Source: a virus
Taxonomy: Duplodnaviria; Caudoviricetes
Reading direction: 5' to 3' (one strand)
IMG/VR virus record: IMGVR_UViG_3300025310_000006
Location: 1 to 60,660 of that record
DNA: 60,660 bases
Shown: piece by piece, positions 1 through 8,914 of the stretch
How positions within the stretch are numbered: position 1 is the first letter of the stretch
Layout of the letters: each line of letters begins with the position of its first letter
The notes under the pieces: model-generated
What the model was told of the DNA's origin: nothing
The model's database searches: none
What the model saw: only the letters and a program-made list of their open reading frames with translations
Position numbers and translations under genes: made by a program

Positions 1-2
1 AA

Positions 3-257
3 GTAAGTCCGACTTACACAAGTCAAAGATGTTCACGTTGTGGTTGGGTTCGCAAGGGAAACAGGAAGGCGAAGTGGTTTAAGTGTGATAAATGCTCATT
101 TGAGTGTGATGCGGATTTAAATGCTTCGACTAACTTATCCCTTCCGTTGATGCCTATCGGCAAGCAACAGCGATTGAGTAAAATCAATAGAACTGGTTTT
201 TATTGGTTATGCTCAGGTCAGGAGTCTATAGTCCCTGATACCCATAAAACTGGTTAA
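3..257 (+). CDS. tnpB: TnpB (RNA-guided RuvC nuclease), C-terminal part; runs off the window start
   Basis: Frame 3 from base 3 reads VSPTYTSQRCSRCGWVRKGNRKAKWFKCDKCSFECDADLNASTNL...KTG*. This is the TnpB YTSQxCxxCG...CxxC zinc ribbon plus RuvC-III D(A)DxNA. Not in the ORF track because the start lies outside the window. Confidence 0.93.
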   Translation, partial: VSPTYTSQRCSRCGWVRKGNRKAKWFKCDKCSFECDADLNASTNLSLPLMPIGKQQRLSKINRTGFYWLCSGQESIVPDTHKTG

Positions 258-289
258 GTGGAATGATTTTCCATAAAATTAGTAACTAT
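153..289 (+). ncRNA. Probable TnpB omegaRNA (reRNA) scaffold overlapping the tnpB 3' end and right end
   Basis: TnpB omegaRNAs are known to lie in this position. This is the segment retained in the mini-copy (4 substitutions and one 3-nt indel). The 5' boundary is approximate. Confidence 0.6.
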
Positions 290-482
290 CAATTCCACCA
301 AGGCGAACCTCAACCTTGTAAAAGATATTGAATCCCAAGTCCAATGTCATTTCAACCGTGTCACCATCAACAACCCTGTCAAGGGCTGCTACATTGTAGA
401 TAAATGTTCGCTTCGTTGATTCGACAGCGGTTGCTTTAGCCATGAACGCCCCTAATAGTAAAATGATAAGAATGAATTTCAT
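279..482 (-). pseudogene. Thermonuclease (SNase-like) gene truncated by the IS607-type right end
   Basis: Signal-like MKFILIILLLG, then RVVDGDTV..LDLGF...VRLGGID, the thermonuclease-family N-terminal motifs. After GID the frame runs into the IS end (SY*) instead of the usual T/A-PE. Confidence 0.8.
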
Positions 483-949
483 AGACGGTATTTCTCCGCT
501 ACCTTGTCCCACGGATCACCCATAGCCTTGCAGAGCATGCCGAAGAATTCCGCCAGGGCGGTGTTCTTCTTGAGACGAGCCATCTGCTCATCACACTTGC
601 CGTCGAGGATGTCGTTTGGAAAGCCGACAACGATTCCCATAATTCCGTGAATGTGGAGAACCTTGTCAATCATCTGTTGACGCCACTCTGCGGACGCTAC
701 ATTGGTGACTGCATGCATCTTCTTCTCAAGAACCTTGGTAGCCAGAGCCTTGAAGTCGTTGGGGAATGTGTCAGTCCCCTTGAAACGCTCATTGAAGTCG
801 GTTGTTGAGTCTGCGGGTGTGGCTGTTGCCGAATACTTGGTGAGCGGGATAAGCTGAATCTTATCATCAATCTTCACCTTCTTGCAGAGTTCTCCACGCT
901 CATTGATGAAGACATCAAGCAGAGTTTCGTTTCCTTGGGTAGCAGTCAT
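479..949 (-). CDS. Hypothetical protein
   Basis: 156-aa ORF with AAGGAA RBS and an upstream promoter-like motif. Its stop overlaps the next start (ATGA). Confidence 0.75.
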   Translation of the reverse strand: MTATQGNETLLDVFINERGELCKKVKIDDKIQLIPLTKYSATATPADSTTDFNERFKGTDTFPNDFKALATKVLEKKMHAVTNVASAEWRQQMIDKVLHIHGIMGIVVGFPNDILDGKCDEQMARLKKNTALAEFFGMLCKAMGDPWDKVAEKYRL

Positions 950-974
950 ATAGTTTCCTTTTTCACTAAGGAGT

Positions 975-1005
975 AATATAAGGCTTCTTAGCAGTTATTC
1001 AATAC
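975..1005 (-). promoter_or_regulatory. Putative early promoter/operator GTATTGAATAACTGC...TATATT
   Basis: The 15-mer GCAGTTATTCAATAC (991-1005) is identical to 17683-17697. On the minus strand it reads TTGAAT-N16-TATATT. Confidence 0.55.
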
Positions 1006-1008
1006 TTA

Positions 1009-2262
1009 TCATATTTCTATAATACCTGGGAACCTGTCACCATCTTTAAGACATACCAACCACGCTGATACAACAGGTATATTCATATCTTTCCACCATT
1101 GGGAGGGGAAGTGCGTCTCACATCTAAACTTCATAAATCTAACAGATGTATTTCGTATGTAGCGAGCCTGCTCTTTCTTATAATAGTATAAGAAGCTGTT
1201 CTCATTCCAATAAGAGACATGTGTTGGATCTTGGAAAGCCCCTCTACCATCAGTTGAAGGAACTTCTATAAAAGCCCACCCACCATGATGTAATACTCTA
1301 TGTATCTCACTTATAGACTTGAGAGGATCTTTCAAATGTTCCAGAACATGTGAGGCGTTTATAACACCAACGGAATTATCGGGTAAAGGTATTCCTTGAT
1401 TTAGATCATGTTTTATATCCCCACCCTCTATATCAATACTCGTATATCCTGGGCGCTTATTTATTCCGCCTCCAATATCAATAAGCAGCTTACCATTGAG
1501 GATGGCGTCTCTTTCAGCCAGTTTTTGAGCATTTTTATAGCCCATTCTTACAGTCTCAGTCTGTATCTTCTGATTACGCTCCAACCAAGTATTATCACCA
1601 GTTATACGGTAAATGTAAAGAGGTTTATCAATATGAAACATCTTAGTAAACAAATAGGTTCTCTGAATCAAATCTTGATCATCCAATACATCAAGATTTA
1701 TATCATGCCCCCCAAGCGACTTATAAACACTCGTTCTCCAACATCTCACATGATCGGGCATAAACCAAATATAAGTCATTGAATGGCTTGTAGGTTTGAA
1801 AGTTATTGGAGAGGCGAGTAGCTTCCTTTCTTCACCAATTTTAATATCTAAATAATTATGTCTCCACCCGTAGTTTTCGTTATATGGTGTAAACTTTCCG
1901 TCCATTGGTAACTTCATATTGTCGCTATAAACAAACCCAACATCAATGTCGGAAAATGCTTTTACAACTTCTGTAAGACACTCATTAATTAAAATATCAT
2001 CATGATCCGCCTCAAGAAGAATATCACCAACTCCAGCGTTAAAAGCGTGATGTTTATGATATCCTACATTTGGACTTCTAGAAGAATCTGTAAGTATTCT
2101 AACCCTATCATCTTTTATGAAAGAAAGATGATCCAGCGTAGCATTCCCATTAACCCAAATAACCCATTCCCAATTCTCGTAAGTTTGATTGAGTATAGAT
2201 TGATATAGCTCCTTTATGTAAGGAGTATTCTTATGGGTTGGCGTTATTATGGATACTTTCAT
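1009..2262 (-). CDS. Glycosyltransferase family 2 fused to a C-terminal SAM-dependent methyltransferase
   Basis: MKVSIITPTH...SILNQTYENWEWV, EADHDD (DxD); C-terminal DIGGG, ASHVLEHL, EIHRVL..GG, FQDPTH. Confidence 0.9.
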   Translation of the reverse strand: MKVSIITPTHKNTPYIKELYQSILNQTYENWEWVIWVNGNATLDHLSFIKDDRVRILTDSSRSPNVGYHKHHAFNAGVGDILLEADHDDILINECLTEVVKAFSDIDVGFVYSDNMKLPMDGKFTPYNENYGWRHNYLDIKIGEERKLLASPITFKPTSHSMTYIWFMPDHVRCWRTSVYKSLGGHDINLDVLDDQDLIQRTYLFTKMFHIDKPLYIYRITGDNTWLERNQKIQTETVRMGYKNAQKLAERDAILNGKLLIDIGGGINKRPGYTSIDIEGGDIKHDLNQGIPLPDNSVGVINASHVLEHLKDPLKSISEIHRVLHHGGWAFIEVPSTDGRGAFQDPTHVSYWNENSFLYYYKKEQARYIRNTSVRFMKFRCETHFPSQWWKDMNIPVVSAWLVCLKDGDRFPGIIEI

Positions 2263-3266
2263 ATAGCCATGTCAGCCTTAATAGTGGCATGACTCTTATA
2301 GTTTATAAGCTCCAAGTCCTCAAGCGAAAGATTCTCTATGTCTTCAAGAGTCTTTATATCTTTCTTTATGTTGAGAGTTGGGAAGGCGTGAGGTATTCTT
2401 GAAATCTGCTCTTTACACTGTTCTATATGGTTGAGGTATATATGTGTGTCACCACCTGAAAAAGTCAGCTTTCCGGGGGTTAGTCCAGTTATCTTAGCCA
2501 ACAGGCATGTCAAGAGAGCATAGCTTGAGATGTTGAAAGGCAATCCAAGGAAAGAGTCTACGCTGCGCTGATACCACTGGCAGTTCAGTTTCCCATCAGT
2601 GACATCAAATTGATAGAGAAGGTGGCACGGTGGTAGCGCCATCTTGTCAATCTCAGCCACATTCCAAGCAGACACAATCATACGACGATCATTTGGATTC
2701 GTCTTGAGAGTGTTGATGACATTGGCGAGTTGATCCACACCAGTATTTTTATATATCTCTAAATGTTTTTTATTTTCAATAGTATATTGATTATATTCAG
2801 CACCCCAACTTCTCCATTGCACACCATAGCCCAATCCAATTGACTTCTCTGGAAACGCAGTCATACCTTTTTTATCAAGAAACTCCCTTGTAGTATTCCC
2901 AACCCAAATCTTGACACCCTTTTCTTCAAGTTTAGATGAATCATGTTCACCACGAATAAACCACAACAGTTCCTCCACAACACCTTTCCAAAATACCTTC
3001 TTGGTTGTCAGAATGGGAAATGAGTTTGAAAGATCAAATGAAAGTTGCGTTCCAAATATGCTTTTAGTCCCCGTACCAGTCCTATCGCCTTTGACAACAC
3101 CTTCATCTAAAATCCTTTCGAGTAAGTGGAGATACTTGTATTCCTCATGAGACTTCTCCAATCGAAAGCGTGTAATCAGCTTCTCTTCTTCTTCGTTTTT
3201 TGTCACGCTGTTATTCATTTTCGTTTCTCCTGCTCTGTTCAAGAGCATATCGTCTTTCAGCCTCAA
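2259..3266 (-). CDS. thyA: Thymidylate synthase (probable start 3218)
   Basis: DRTGTGT, FPILTTKKV, ELLWF, YGVQWR, DRRMIVSAWN, MALPPCH, YQRSVD, GLPFNI, GDTHIY. Confidence 0.97.
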   Translation of the reverse strand: MRLKDDMLLNRAGETKMNNSVTKNEEEEKLITRFRLEKSHEEYKYLHLLERILDEGVVKGDRTGTGTKSIFGTQLSFDLSNSFPILTTKKVFWKGVVEELLWFIRGEHDSSKLEEKGVKIWVGNTTREFLDKKGMTAFPEKSIGLGYGVQWRSWGAEYNQYTIENKKHLEIYKNTGVDQLANVINTLKTNPNDRRMIVSAWNVAEIDKMALPPCHLLYQFDVTDGKLNCQWYQRSVDSFLGLPFNISSYALLTCLLAKITGLTPGKLTFSGGDTHIYLNHIEQCKEQISRIPHAFPTLNIKKDIKTLEDIENLSLEDLELINYKSHATIKADMAI

Positions 3267-3597
3267 GAGCGTATGCTACTGATGTGTATGCTGCTTCAAG
3301 CCCCTGCCTGTTTCCTGTAATAGTAGTATAAGGAATATTGTTGTTATTCAATAGACGGACTACTTTCTTATCTATTTCAATAGCTTCGTCCTCTGTTTGA
3401 TTCCGTCCAGATGGATTGTATTCCTTGGTTCTGTCTATGAAGTATGTCAGGTTGTTTTGAGCCTTGAACGACTCAACGATATAGTCGTGGAAAGCTTTAT
3501 GTATTTTGATATTCGGCTCGTTGTAATACAGCAAGCCAATAAGAATTGGTGAGTCGGTGATGATGGCTTCCACTTGTCCAAGCAGCATATTCTGTGT
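3211..3597 (-). pseudogene. AAA_28/NadR-like nucleotide kinase, C-terminal half only
   Basis: GQVEAIITDSP, YNPSGRNQTEDEA..ID are typical of phage AAA_28 kinases. There is no P-loop; the 5' part is replaced by the palindromic IS-end scar at 3598. Confidence 0.7.
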
Positions 3598-3628
3598 ATA
3601 GTTACTAATTTTTAAAATTAGTAACTAT
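3598..3628. repeat. Palindromic scar made of two back-to-back IS607-type right ends
   Basis: ATAGTTACTAATTTT-T-AAAATTAGTAACTAT. Each 15-bp arm equals the element terminus at 275-289 and 7621-7635. Confidence 0.85.
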
Positions 3629-3861
3629 ATGTGGTTCTTATGATCAAGGCTGGAGTATTTTGGAAAATATATTCAAGGATAACGATGTTGATTATAAGAT
3701 ACAAAGAAGAAAACACAAGACTGGAATGTTTTCCACAATAAGAGTTTGGAATAAGAAGTCTTTATTGAATATATCAAAAATCCTATATCATCGTCGATGG
3801 TATAGGATTGAAGAGAAAATACGATAAGTGCCAAGAAATTACAAATCAACTATCAAAGTAG
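3627..3861 (+). pseudogene. C-terminal fragment of a probable LAGLIDADG-type homing endonuclease, frameshifted near 3790
   Basis: ICGSYDQGWSILENIF...STIRVWNKKSLLNISKILY, then in another frame DGIGLKRKYDKC. The LY...GLKRK tail resembles phage LAGLIDADG proteins. No start codon. Confidence 0.5.
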
Positions 3862-4600
3862 ACTTGAATTCCTTGTTCTCATCTTTGTAGCCGCGGGGGT
3901 TACATACACATCTCGTGGTGTTTACCATGAAATCACAGCTAGAATGTGTATGTCCGAAAATCCAGAGCGGAACATCCTCAGTCATCAGATTCTCGCAGTT
4001 GCAAGTGAAGTACGGGTTGAGCGCACTCCCCTTATACTGCTCATGAATCGACTTCTCCGAAGGGCAGAAGTGAGTGACAACGATGTTTTTCTTTCCAGGC
4101 TTGACAGAGTTCTTGATAAATCCCCGTGCAGCGAGGTTCTTACCAATCATCTTGTCAACCGTGAAAGGCTTCACAATCCCGTTATCATCCTTTTCCATGA
4201 TAAGCTTGAAGTCGTTGATGCCCCACTCGACAATAGACTTTATCCGAAGTTCGTCCTTCGTAGGAGTAATGTCGAGGTTGCTCCACAGGGTTGAGCCGAT
4301 GAACCGATACTCGCCTGTGTCATACACCTGATCATCAAGGAAGTGAAAGTGCTTGTAAGTAGCCTCAAGGCTCCGTAGCTCATTATCAACATCCTGCATG
4401 ATAGCCAGATATGATTCGTGGTTCCCCTTGATGTAAACGATTGGCTTGTCAATCGACTCAATGAGCCGAACGAACCGTCCAAAATACCGTGGCTCACAGG
4501 GAACAATATCTCCCGCAAGAATCAAAATGTCCTCGTCACTCTTCTTATAGGTGAAGGGAGCGACATCAAGGTGAAGATCTGATAGGATGCGTATTTTCAT
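3839..4600 (-). CDS. Calcineurin-like metallophosphoesterase
   Basis: SDLH, AGDI, GNHE, VVTHFCP, GHTH, NPRGY motifs. Confidence 0.93.
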   Translation of the reverse strand: MKIRILSDLHLDVAPFTYKKSDEDILILAGDIVPCEPRYFGRFVRLIESIDKPIVYIKGNHESYLAIMQDVDNELRSLEATYKHFHFLDDQVYDTGEYRFIGSTLWSNLDITPTKDELRIKSIVEWGINDFKLIMEKDDNGIVKPFTVDKMIGKNLAARGFIKNSVKPGKKNIVVTHFCPSEKSIHEQYKGSALNPYFTCNCENLMTEDVPLWIFGHTHSSCDFMVNTTRCVCNPRGYKDENKEFKSTLIVDL

Positions 4601-4644
4601 GCCTCTATTGTAGAGGCTGGCTATAAAAGCCAATACTTATATTT

Positions 4645-4857
4645 TTAGACGCAGGCTTCAAGTGCTTGAAGCTGTAATGCCTCTTTACGATATTCAAAGC
4701 ACAGGTAGTAGTCGCTACGAGGGGTAAATCGGTGGGCAAGAGTCGCTTCTACAACGCCTTGCCAGCCTTCCTTTTCTTCAACAACAAACTCGCATAAGCT
4801 TGGTGTCTTGAAGTAGGATTCGTCTTGCTTGTAGACATTGACAACAACTGTTCCCAT
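4645..4857 (-). CDS. Hypothetical protein
   Basis: 70-aa ORF with AAGGGG RBS. Confidence 0.6.
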   Translation of the reverse strand: MGTVVVNVYKQDESYFKTPSLCEFVVEEKEGWQGVVEATLAHRFTPRSDYYLCFEYRKEALQLQALEACV

Positions 4858-5071
4858 CGCTGCCCCCTTTGGATATGTATGTCTATTTATCTTCCTCTAG
4901 TTTACCAGTCCACACAAGTATTTCAACCTGTTTCTTGAGAAGAAATATGTTGACTTTATCATTGAATTCAGAGGTAATGAGAATGAATCTCTTTTAGAGT
5001 CTCCCCATTTTCGTTTGTTATTACGGCTAGGTAAGCCCCATTCTTCATGCGGCTTACTTTTACGCGGTAGT

Positions 5072-5524
5072 TTATTCCGCTTCCCATGGGAAAACCAACC
5101 ACCCTTCCGGCTTATCTTCACAATAGAAGTCTGGTACAAGTCCAGCTTCATTGTCTTTCTTGTTGAATAGAACGGCTATGTAGAAGTCTTCGCCTTGCTT
5201 GAGGTTATACTTCTCTATAAGATACTTTATAGTCCCACCACTGTCAATCAAGTCATCAGTAAGCAGGAAAGGCTTCTCGGTTATGTCAAAATCAAACAAG
5301 TCAACGAGAGGTTCTTTTCTTTTCTTATCCCCATCGTAGCAGGATACTTTGATGCTGCGGTGTTTGACTTTCAGGTTGTCAGCCAATGGAAGCGACAGAT
5401 TCAATCCGCCGCGCTGAATACCAACAACTGACTTGAACGATATTCCACTTGAATAAGCTCTATTACAGATATCCAAAATCATACTATCTAACTTGCTATG
5501 AGTTAGGATTATCTTTTCCGTCAT
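5072..5524 (-). CDS. Type I (purine) phosphoribosyltransferase, Gpt/Hpt-like
   Basis: GIQRGGL, PRPP loop LLTDDLIDSGGT, C-terminal WLVFPWE. Confidence 0.92.
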   Translation of the reverse strand: MTEKIILTHSKLDSMILDICNRAYSSGISFKSVVGIQRGGLNLSLPLADNLKVKHRSIKVSCYDGDKKRKEPLVDLFDFDITEKPFLLTDDLIDSGGTIKYLIEKYNLKQGEDFYIAVLFNKKDNEAGLVPDFYCEDKPEGWLVFPWEAE

Positions 5525-5967
5525 GGAAGCGGCTCCGTGTAGATATACTTGAGGTTGTATTCAGTGACTAGATTCTTTTCGTCAACTGCTCCCTCACCGC
5601 ATGGAGCGAATCGCAAGCCACCGGCGTCAGCGAGTTGAGCTACAGCGTTTCCCCTGCCGCCATCTTGAGTTCCCACCTGTGGATACTTTTGAGCGTCAAA
5701 TGGTTGTGCAAGGGCAAACTGACGCATGAAGAAGGATACTTCTGCCGTAAGCTCTCCTGTCTCTTCTATTTGAGCGGTGCCTTTGACGAGCATCCCGACT
5801 GCTCTTGACATATCAACATCTGGTGTCACCCCAACCCTGTTTACAATAAACACGGGTTCTGTATTACTGTTTATTCGAAAGAGTATTTCTTCACATATTG
5901 CCCGTGGAAACACTCTTCCGGATTCTTTACTTGGCTTATCAGCGACAATCTTTAAGCTGATTCTCAT
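5521..5967 (-). CDS. Degenerate paralog of the prohead core protease (gp21-like fold, catalytic motifs apparently lost)
   Basis: GRVFPR, VDMSRAV, APCGEGAV, VTEYNL align by eye to GRVYPR, INLHRVSH, SSRGLGNV, VTEYEL of the gp21 at 54911-55615. Confidence 0.6.
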   Translation of the reverse strand: MRISLKIVADKPSKESGRVFPRAICEEILFRINSNTEPVFIVNRVGVTPDVDMSRAVGMLVKGTAQIEETGELTAEVSFFMRQFALAQPFDAQKYPQVGTQDGGRGNAVAQLADAGGLRFAPCGEGAVDEKNLVTEYNLKYIYTEPLP

Positions 5968-6190
5968 CGTCTTCCTTTTTTTCTTTGGTTGCTTTAGCGG
6001 CTATTTCATCAAGAGCGTTGATAGCCGAAGAATCAACTTTTACGACTGGAGGAATACCACGGATACACCAAATAGTATTGTTGTATGATTCCTTGATAGC
6101 TGTAATCGCATGTGCAGTCAGTCCAGTCAATAAAAGCAGAACGAAGAAGGATAGCCACGGGTTGGCAGCCATAAAAGTGAGAAGTTCCAT
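5939..6190 (-). CDS. Small membrane protein
   Basis: N-terminal hydrophobic helix (WLSFFVLLLLTGL). Confidence 0.6.
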   Translation of the reverse strand: MELLTFMAANPWLSFFVLLLLTGLTAHAITAIKESYNNTIWCIRGIPPVVKVDSSAINALDEIAAKATKEKKEDDENQLKDCR

Positions 6191-6290
6191 ATTTTGGTCC
6201 CTTTGGGATTGAGTATACGGATAAAGGTAAGTTATACAATATGATAATCAAACCATATCGTCGTCGTCTAACACTACAATGAAATTATTA

Positions 6291-6761
6291 CTATTGTTTA
6301 GCCACTTCGGGACGAAAGTTGGGATCATTCGACGCTCCCTCCACAGGACGCCCAGCTTCATCAAACTGAATACCATATACATCTTCTTGAAGTGTCATGA
6401 CTGCTGACTTGAGCATGCCCATGCGCTTCTCAGATTGTTCTTTGATGGCGTTTATAGCCTCAAGAGCATCGTTTAGCTGCTCTTTGAGGGTGGTAATCTG
6501 ATCTTGAAGGGCTTGGACTTCACTGGAGGAAACTTTCAATTCCCGGGCTTCTGTTTGAATCTTTTCAAGCTTGTGTTGAAGCTGGAATAACGACGATACG
6601 GCTCCACCTTTAGCGGTTACGGGCGTCTTGTCATCAACTCTTTCTAAGAATACATACTTGAGTTCTCTATCAGACTCAATAACATCTCCCGGGACGAGCA
6701 TAATGCGCTTGCCCCCAACCATGAGTGATTGTCTGAAGTCTGAATTATTCTTATACTTCAT
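6291..6761 (-). CDS. Hypothetical coiled-coil protein
   Basis: 156-aa ORF with an ATGA overlap with rmlA and a heptad-rich C-terminal half. Confidence 0.75.
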   Translation of the reverse strand: MKYKNNSDFRQSLMVGGKRIMLVPGDVIESDRELKYVFLERVDDKTPVTAKGGAVSSLFQLQHKLEKIQTEARELKVSSSEVQALQDQITTLKEQLNDALEAINAIKEQSEKRMGMLKSAVMTLQEDVYGIQFDEAGRPVEGASNDPNFRPEVAKQ

Positions 6762-7567
6762 TTGAGCGGTATCCTGTAGTTATTAGTATTTATCCATTCC
6801 TGTGTTCGAGCCATTGACGATGGAATACCCATGTCGCTCCAATAGCCGTCTATAATGGTTGATGTCATTGACTGATTCTGAACATAGAATTCGTTGACAT
6901 CCGATACCTCTAACTCGCCTCTACCAGATGGTTTCAGCCCACGAATAATGCTGAACACATGCGGAGTGTAAAGATACAATCCAGTGACAGCGTAGTTGCT
7001 TTCGGGGTTCTTCGGCTTCTCCACAATACCAGTTACGATTCCGTCTTTCAATGAAGCTACTCCGAATCTTTCAGGATCGCCAACTGGCTTGAGGAATATG
7101 TGGGCGAAGGAATCGGTTCCTTCATTTAGCCTTTGCGAAACTGGACAATCAATAGCTTTTCTAAACTTATTTTCAAACTCTTTGAAAGCTTCCTTGAAGG
7201 AGTCTTGATAAAAGTTATCGCCAAGTATAACTGCAAAAGATTCATCGCCAACCCAGCCTTCTATAAGCTTCATGGCGGAAGCGATTCCAACTGGGCGGGA
7301 TGCATCGTTATGATCCTGAATCTTATATGTCAAGTCAACGCCAAAGCGATGTCCGTCACCAAGAAACTCTATGATGTCACCACAATGCTCTTGCGATGAT
7401 ATGATGAGTATTTCTTTGGAGCCTGACTGAATAAGCGTATTGAGCGGATACCAAATCATCGGTATGGCTCCTTGCAGTGTATACACCGGAAGCAAATGCT
7501 TATTTGTTACCTCGGTTTGAGGTAACATTCTCGTTCCCCGTCCACCACATAAGCATACCGATTTCAT
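6758..7567 (-). CDS. rmlA: Glucose-1-phosphate thymidylyltransferase (RmlA/RfbA family)
   Basis: GGRGTRM.P.T...NKHLLPVY, LGDG.RFG, LGDN, PERFGV, EKP, AVTGLY, KPSGRGELE, WSDMG. Confidence 0.92.
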   Translation of the reverse strand: MKSVCLCGGRGTRMLPQTEVTNKHLLPVYTLQGAIPMIWYPLNTLIQSGSKEILIISSQEHCGDIIEFLGDGHRFGVDLTYKIQDHNDASRPVGIASAMKLIEGWVGDESFAVILGDNFYQDSFKEAFKEFENKFRKAIDCPVSQRLNEGTDSFAHIFLKPVGDPERFGVASLKDGIVTGIVEKPKNPESNYAVTGLYLYTPHVFSIIRGLKPSGRGELEVSDVNEFYVQNQSMTSTIIDGYWSDMGIPSSMARTQEWINTNNYRIPLK

Positions 7568-7620
7568 ATTATACCTCTCAGAGATTTGTATAGAAGTTGT
7601 TTTATAGACTCTTTATCATT

Positions 7621-7908
7621 ATAGTTACTAATTTTGAAAATCATTCCACTTAACCAGTTTTATGGGTATCGGGGACTATAGACTCCTGACCTGAGCATAA
7701 CCAATAAAGACCAGTTCTATTGACTTTACTCAATCGCAGTTGCTTGCCGATAGGTAATGCCGATAGGCATTTGGTAATTTACCAGATTTATACCAATTCC
7801 ATGCCGTTCTATAAGTTACACCAACTTGATTAGCATATTCGGATAATTTCATAAAGTTATACCTTTACTACATTATACCATACTTTTATTATTACTATGT
7901 TATACTAT
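7621..7908 (-). mobile_element. Internally deleted, non-autonomous IS607-type mini-element (left end and tnpA 5' fused to tnpB 3'/omegaRNA and right end)
   Basis: 7621-7754 is the reverse complement of 153-289. 7852 starts MKLSEYANQVGVTYRTAWNWYKSGKLP (IS607 TnpA N-terminus). The AT-rich left end has short (T/G)(A/G)GTA(T)AA repeats. The left boundary is approximate. Confidence 0.85.
7730..7852 (-). pseudogene. tnpA: IS607 TnpA N-terminal MerR-like HTH fragment (40-codon ORF)
   Basis: MKLSEYANQVGVTYRTAWNWYKSGKLPNAYR, then out-of-frame tnpB sequence to TGA at 7730. Confidence 0.8.
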
Positions 7909-7987
7909 AACCTACTACTAAAAATGAATTAGTATTCAATACTCCTAAATAGTATTTTTATCCACCTTACAGGATTACAACATTTAT

Positions 7988-8224
7988 TTACAGTTGACTC
8001 TTGAGGTTATTCAAATACTCAACATGCCAGCGCATGTAGTCATCGGACTTGCTCACAGAATATGAAGTTGTAGTACGAGCATTCGCTATACGAACTCGCC
8101 CATTAGTCCTACCATAGCTTTTCACTATGTTACCCTCAATTCTCATAATCTCATCCATCAACTGATCAATACCACTACGAGCGGTAGGCATATCATATCC
8201 TTTCATATTTTCTTTATTATACAA
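7988..8224 (-). CDS. Hypothetical protein
   Basis: 78-aa ORF in the minus-strand run. Confidence 0.55.
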   Translation of the reverse strand: MYNKENMKGYDMPTARSGIDQLMDEIMRIEGNIVKSYGRTNGRVRIANARTTTSYSVSKSDDYMRWHVEYLNNLKSQL

Positions 8225-8238
8225 ACTTCAAATAATAA

Positions 8239-8562
8239 TCAAGGGGTATCAGTACCACGCAACATGTCAGTTGGTTGTGGGTTGAATATCTGATTCACTA
8301 GCTCAAAGCCATACTTACCCATAATATCGGTAACGGCTTGGGCGTGTTCTTTTGGAGTTACTACAACGGTTCTTGAGGACATTGGATCAGCGTCTATCCA
8401 GCGGACACCAATCTTGAGACATTCTTCTTTAGCAGCGGCGAGCTTATGATTGAACAAAGCGGTGTCGGTATCTCTACCCCAACTGAATTCCAATACACCA
8501 CGGGTAAAGTCTTCTCCATAGAGCTTTGCTTCAATTCGTTCTCTTATAGTGTCAATATTCAT
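8239..8562 (-). CDS. Hypothetical protein
   Basis: 107-aa ORF overlapping the upstream stop. Confidence 0.7.
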   Translation of the reverse strand: MNIDTIRERIEAKLYGEDFTRGVLEFSWGRDTDTALFNHKLAAAKEECLKIGVRWIDADPMSSRTVVVTPKEHAQAVTDIMGKYGFELVNQIFNPQPTDMLRGTDTP

Positions 8563-8914
8563 GGTTCTCTTCTCTTATTCTAATTGGATCCGATGTAACT
8601 ATATTTATGGTTCTTGAGGGATCATAGCCCGCGCCAAGGAATTGTATGGCGCAATGTATTATCCATGTGGTTGCCGAATAAAATGCTCCGTTGAGTGGAT
8701 TCCACCAAGGGAAAGGACCATACGCCAATCCAAGCCCCAAGCCTATCCAGAAGCCTATACACATTGGACATGTGATAAGCTTATAGAAGAAGTCGGTGTT
8801 CAACTCTAGCCAATCGCGCAGCCATTGAAATATAGAGCCTTTACCAAGTATGTTGGCTATTCCAAAGGCTGCTACGATTGCTATGAGAGTTTCCATTATC
8901 CGACTCTTCTCCAA
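8552..8914 (-). CDS. DUF1360-like membrane protein
   Basis: SIFQWLR...LITCPMCIGFWIG (CPxCxxFW) plus transmembrane segments. Confidence 0.7.
   Translation of the reverse strand: MEKSRIMETLIAIVAAFGIANILGKGSIFQWLRDWLELNTDFFYKLITCPMCIGFWIGLGLGLAYGPFPWWNPLNGAFYSATTWIIHCAIQFLGAGYDPSRTINIVTSDPIRIREENHEY

Larger units (their letters stand above)
1..289 (+). mobile_element. IS607-type TnpB element, right part; right end ...AAAATTAGTAACTAT at 289
   Basis: Carries the tnpB 3' end. 153-289 recurs inverted at 7621-7754 next to an IS607 TnpA N-terminus. Similarity stops exactly after TAACTAT, where a nuclease gene is truncated. Confidence 0.85.

Noticed and set aside
4897-5151. 84-aa ORF overlapping the PRTase gene
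   Set aside because: It overlaps by 80 bp and has no recognisable motif. It may be a decayed small gene starting at 5048 (MKNGAYLAV...), but this cannot be supported.
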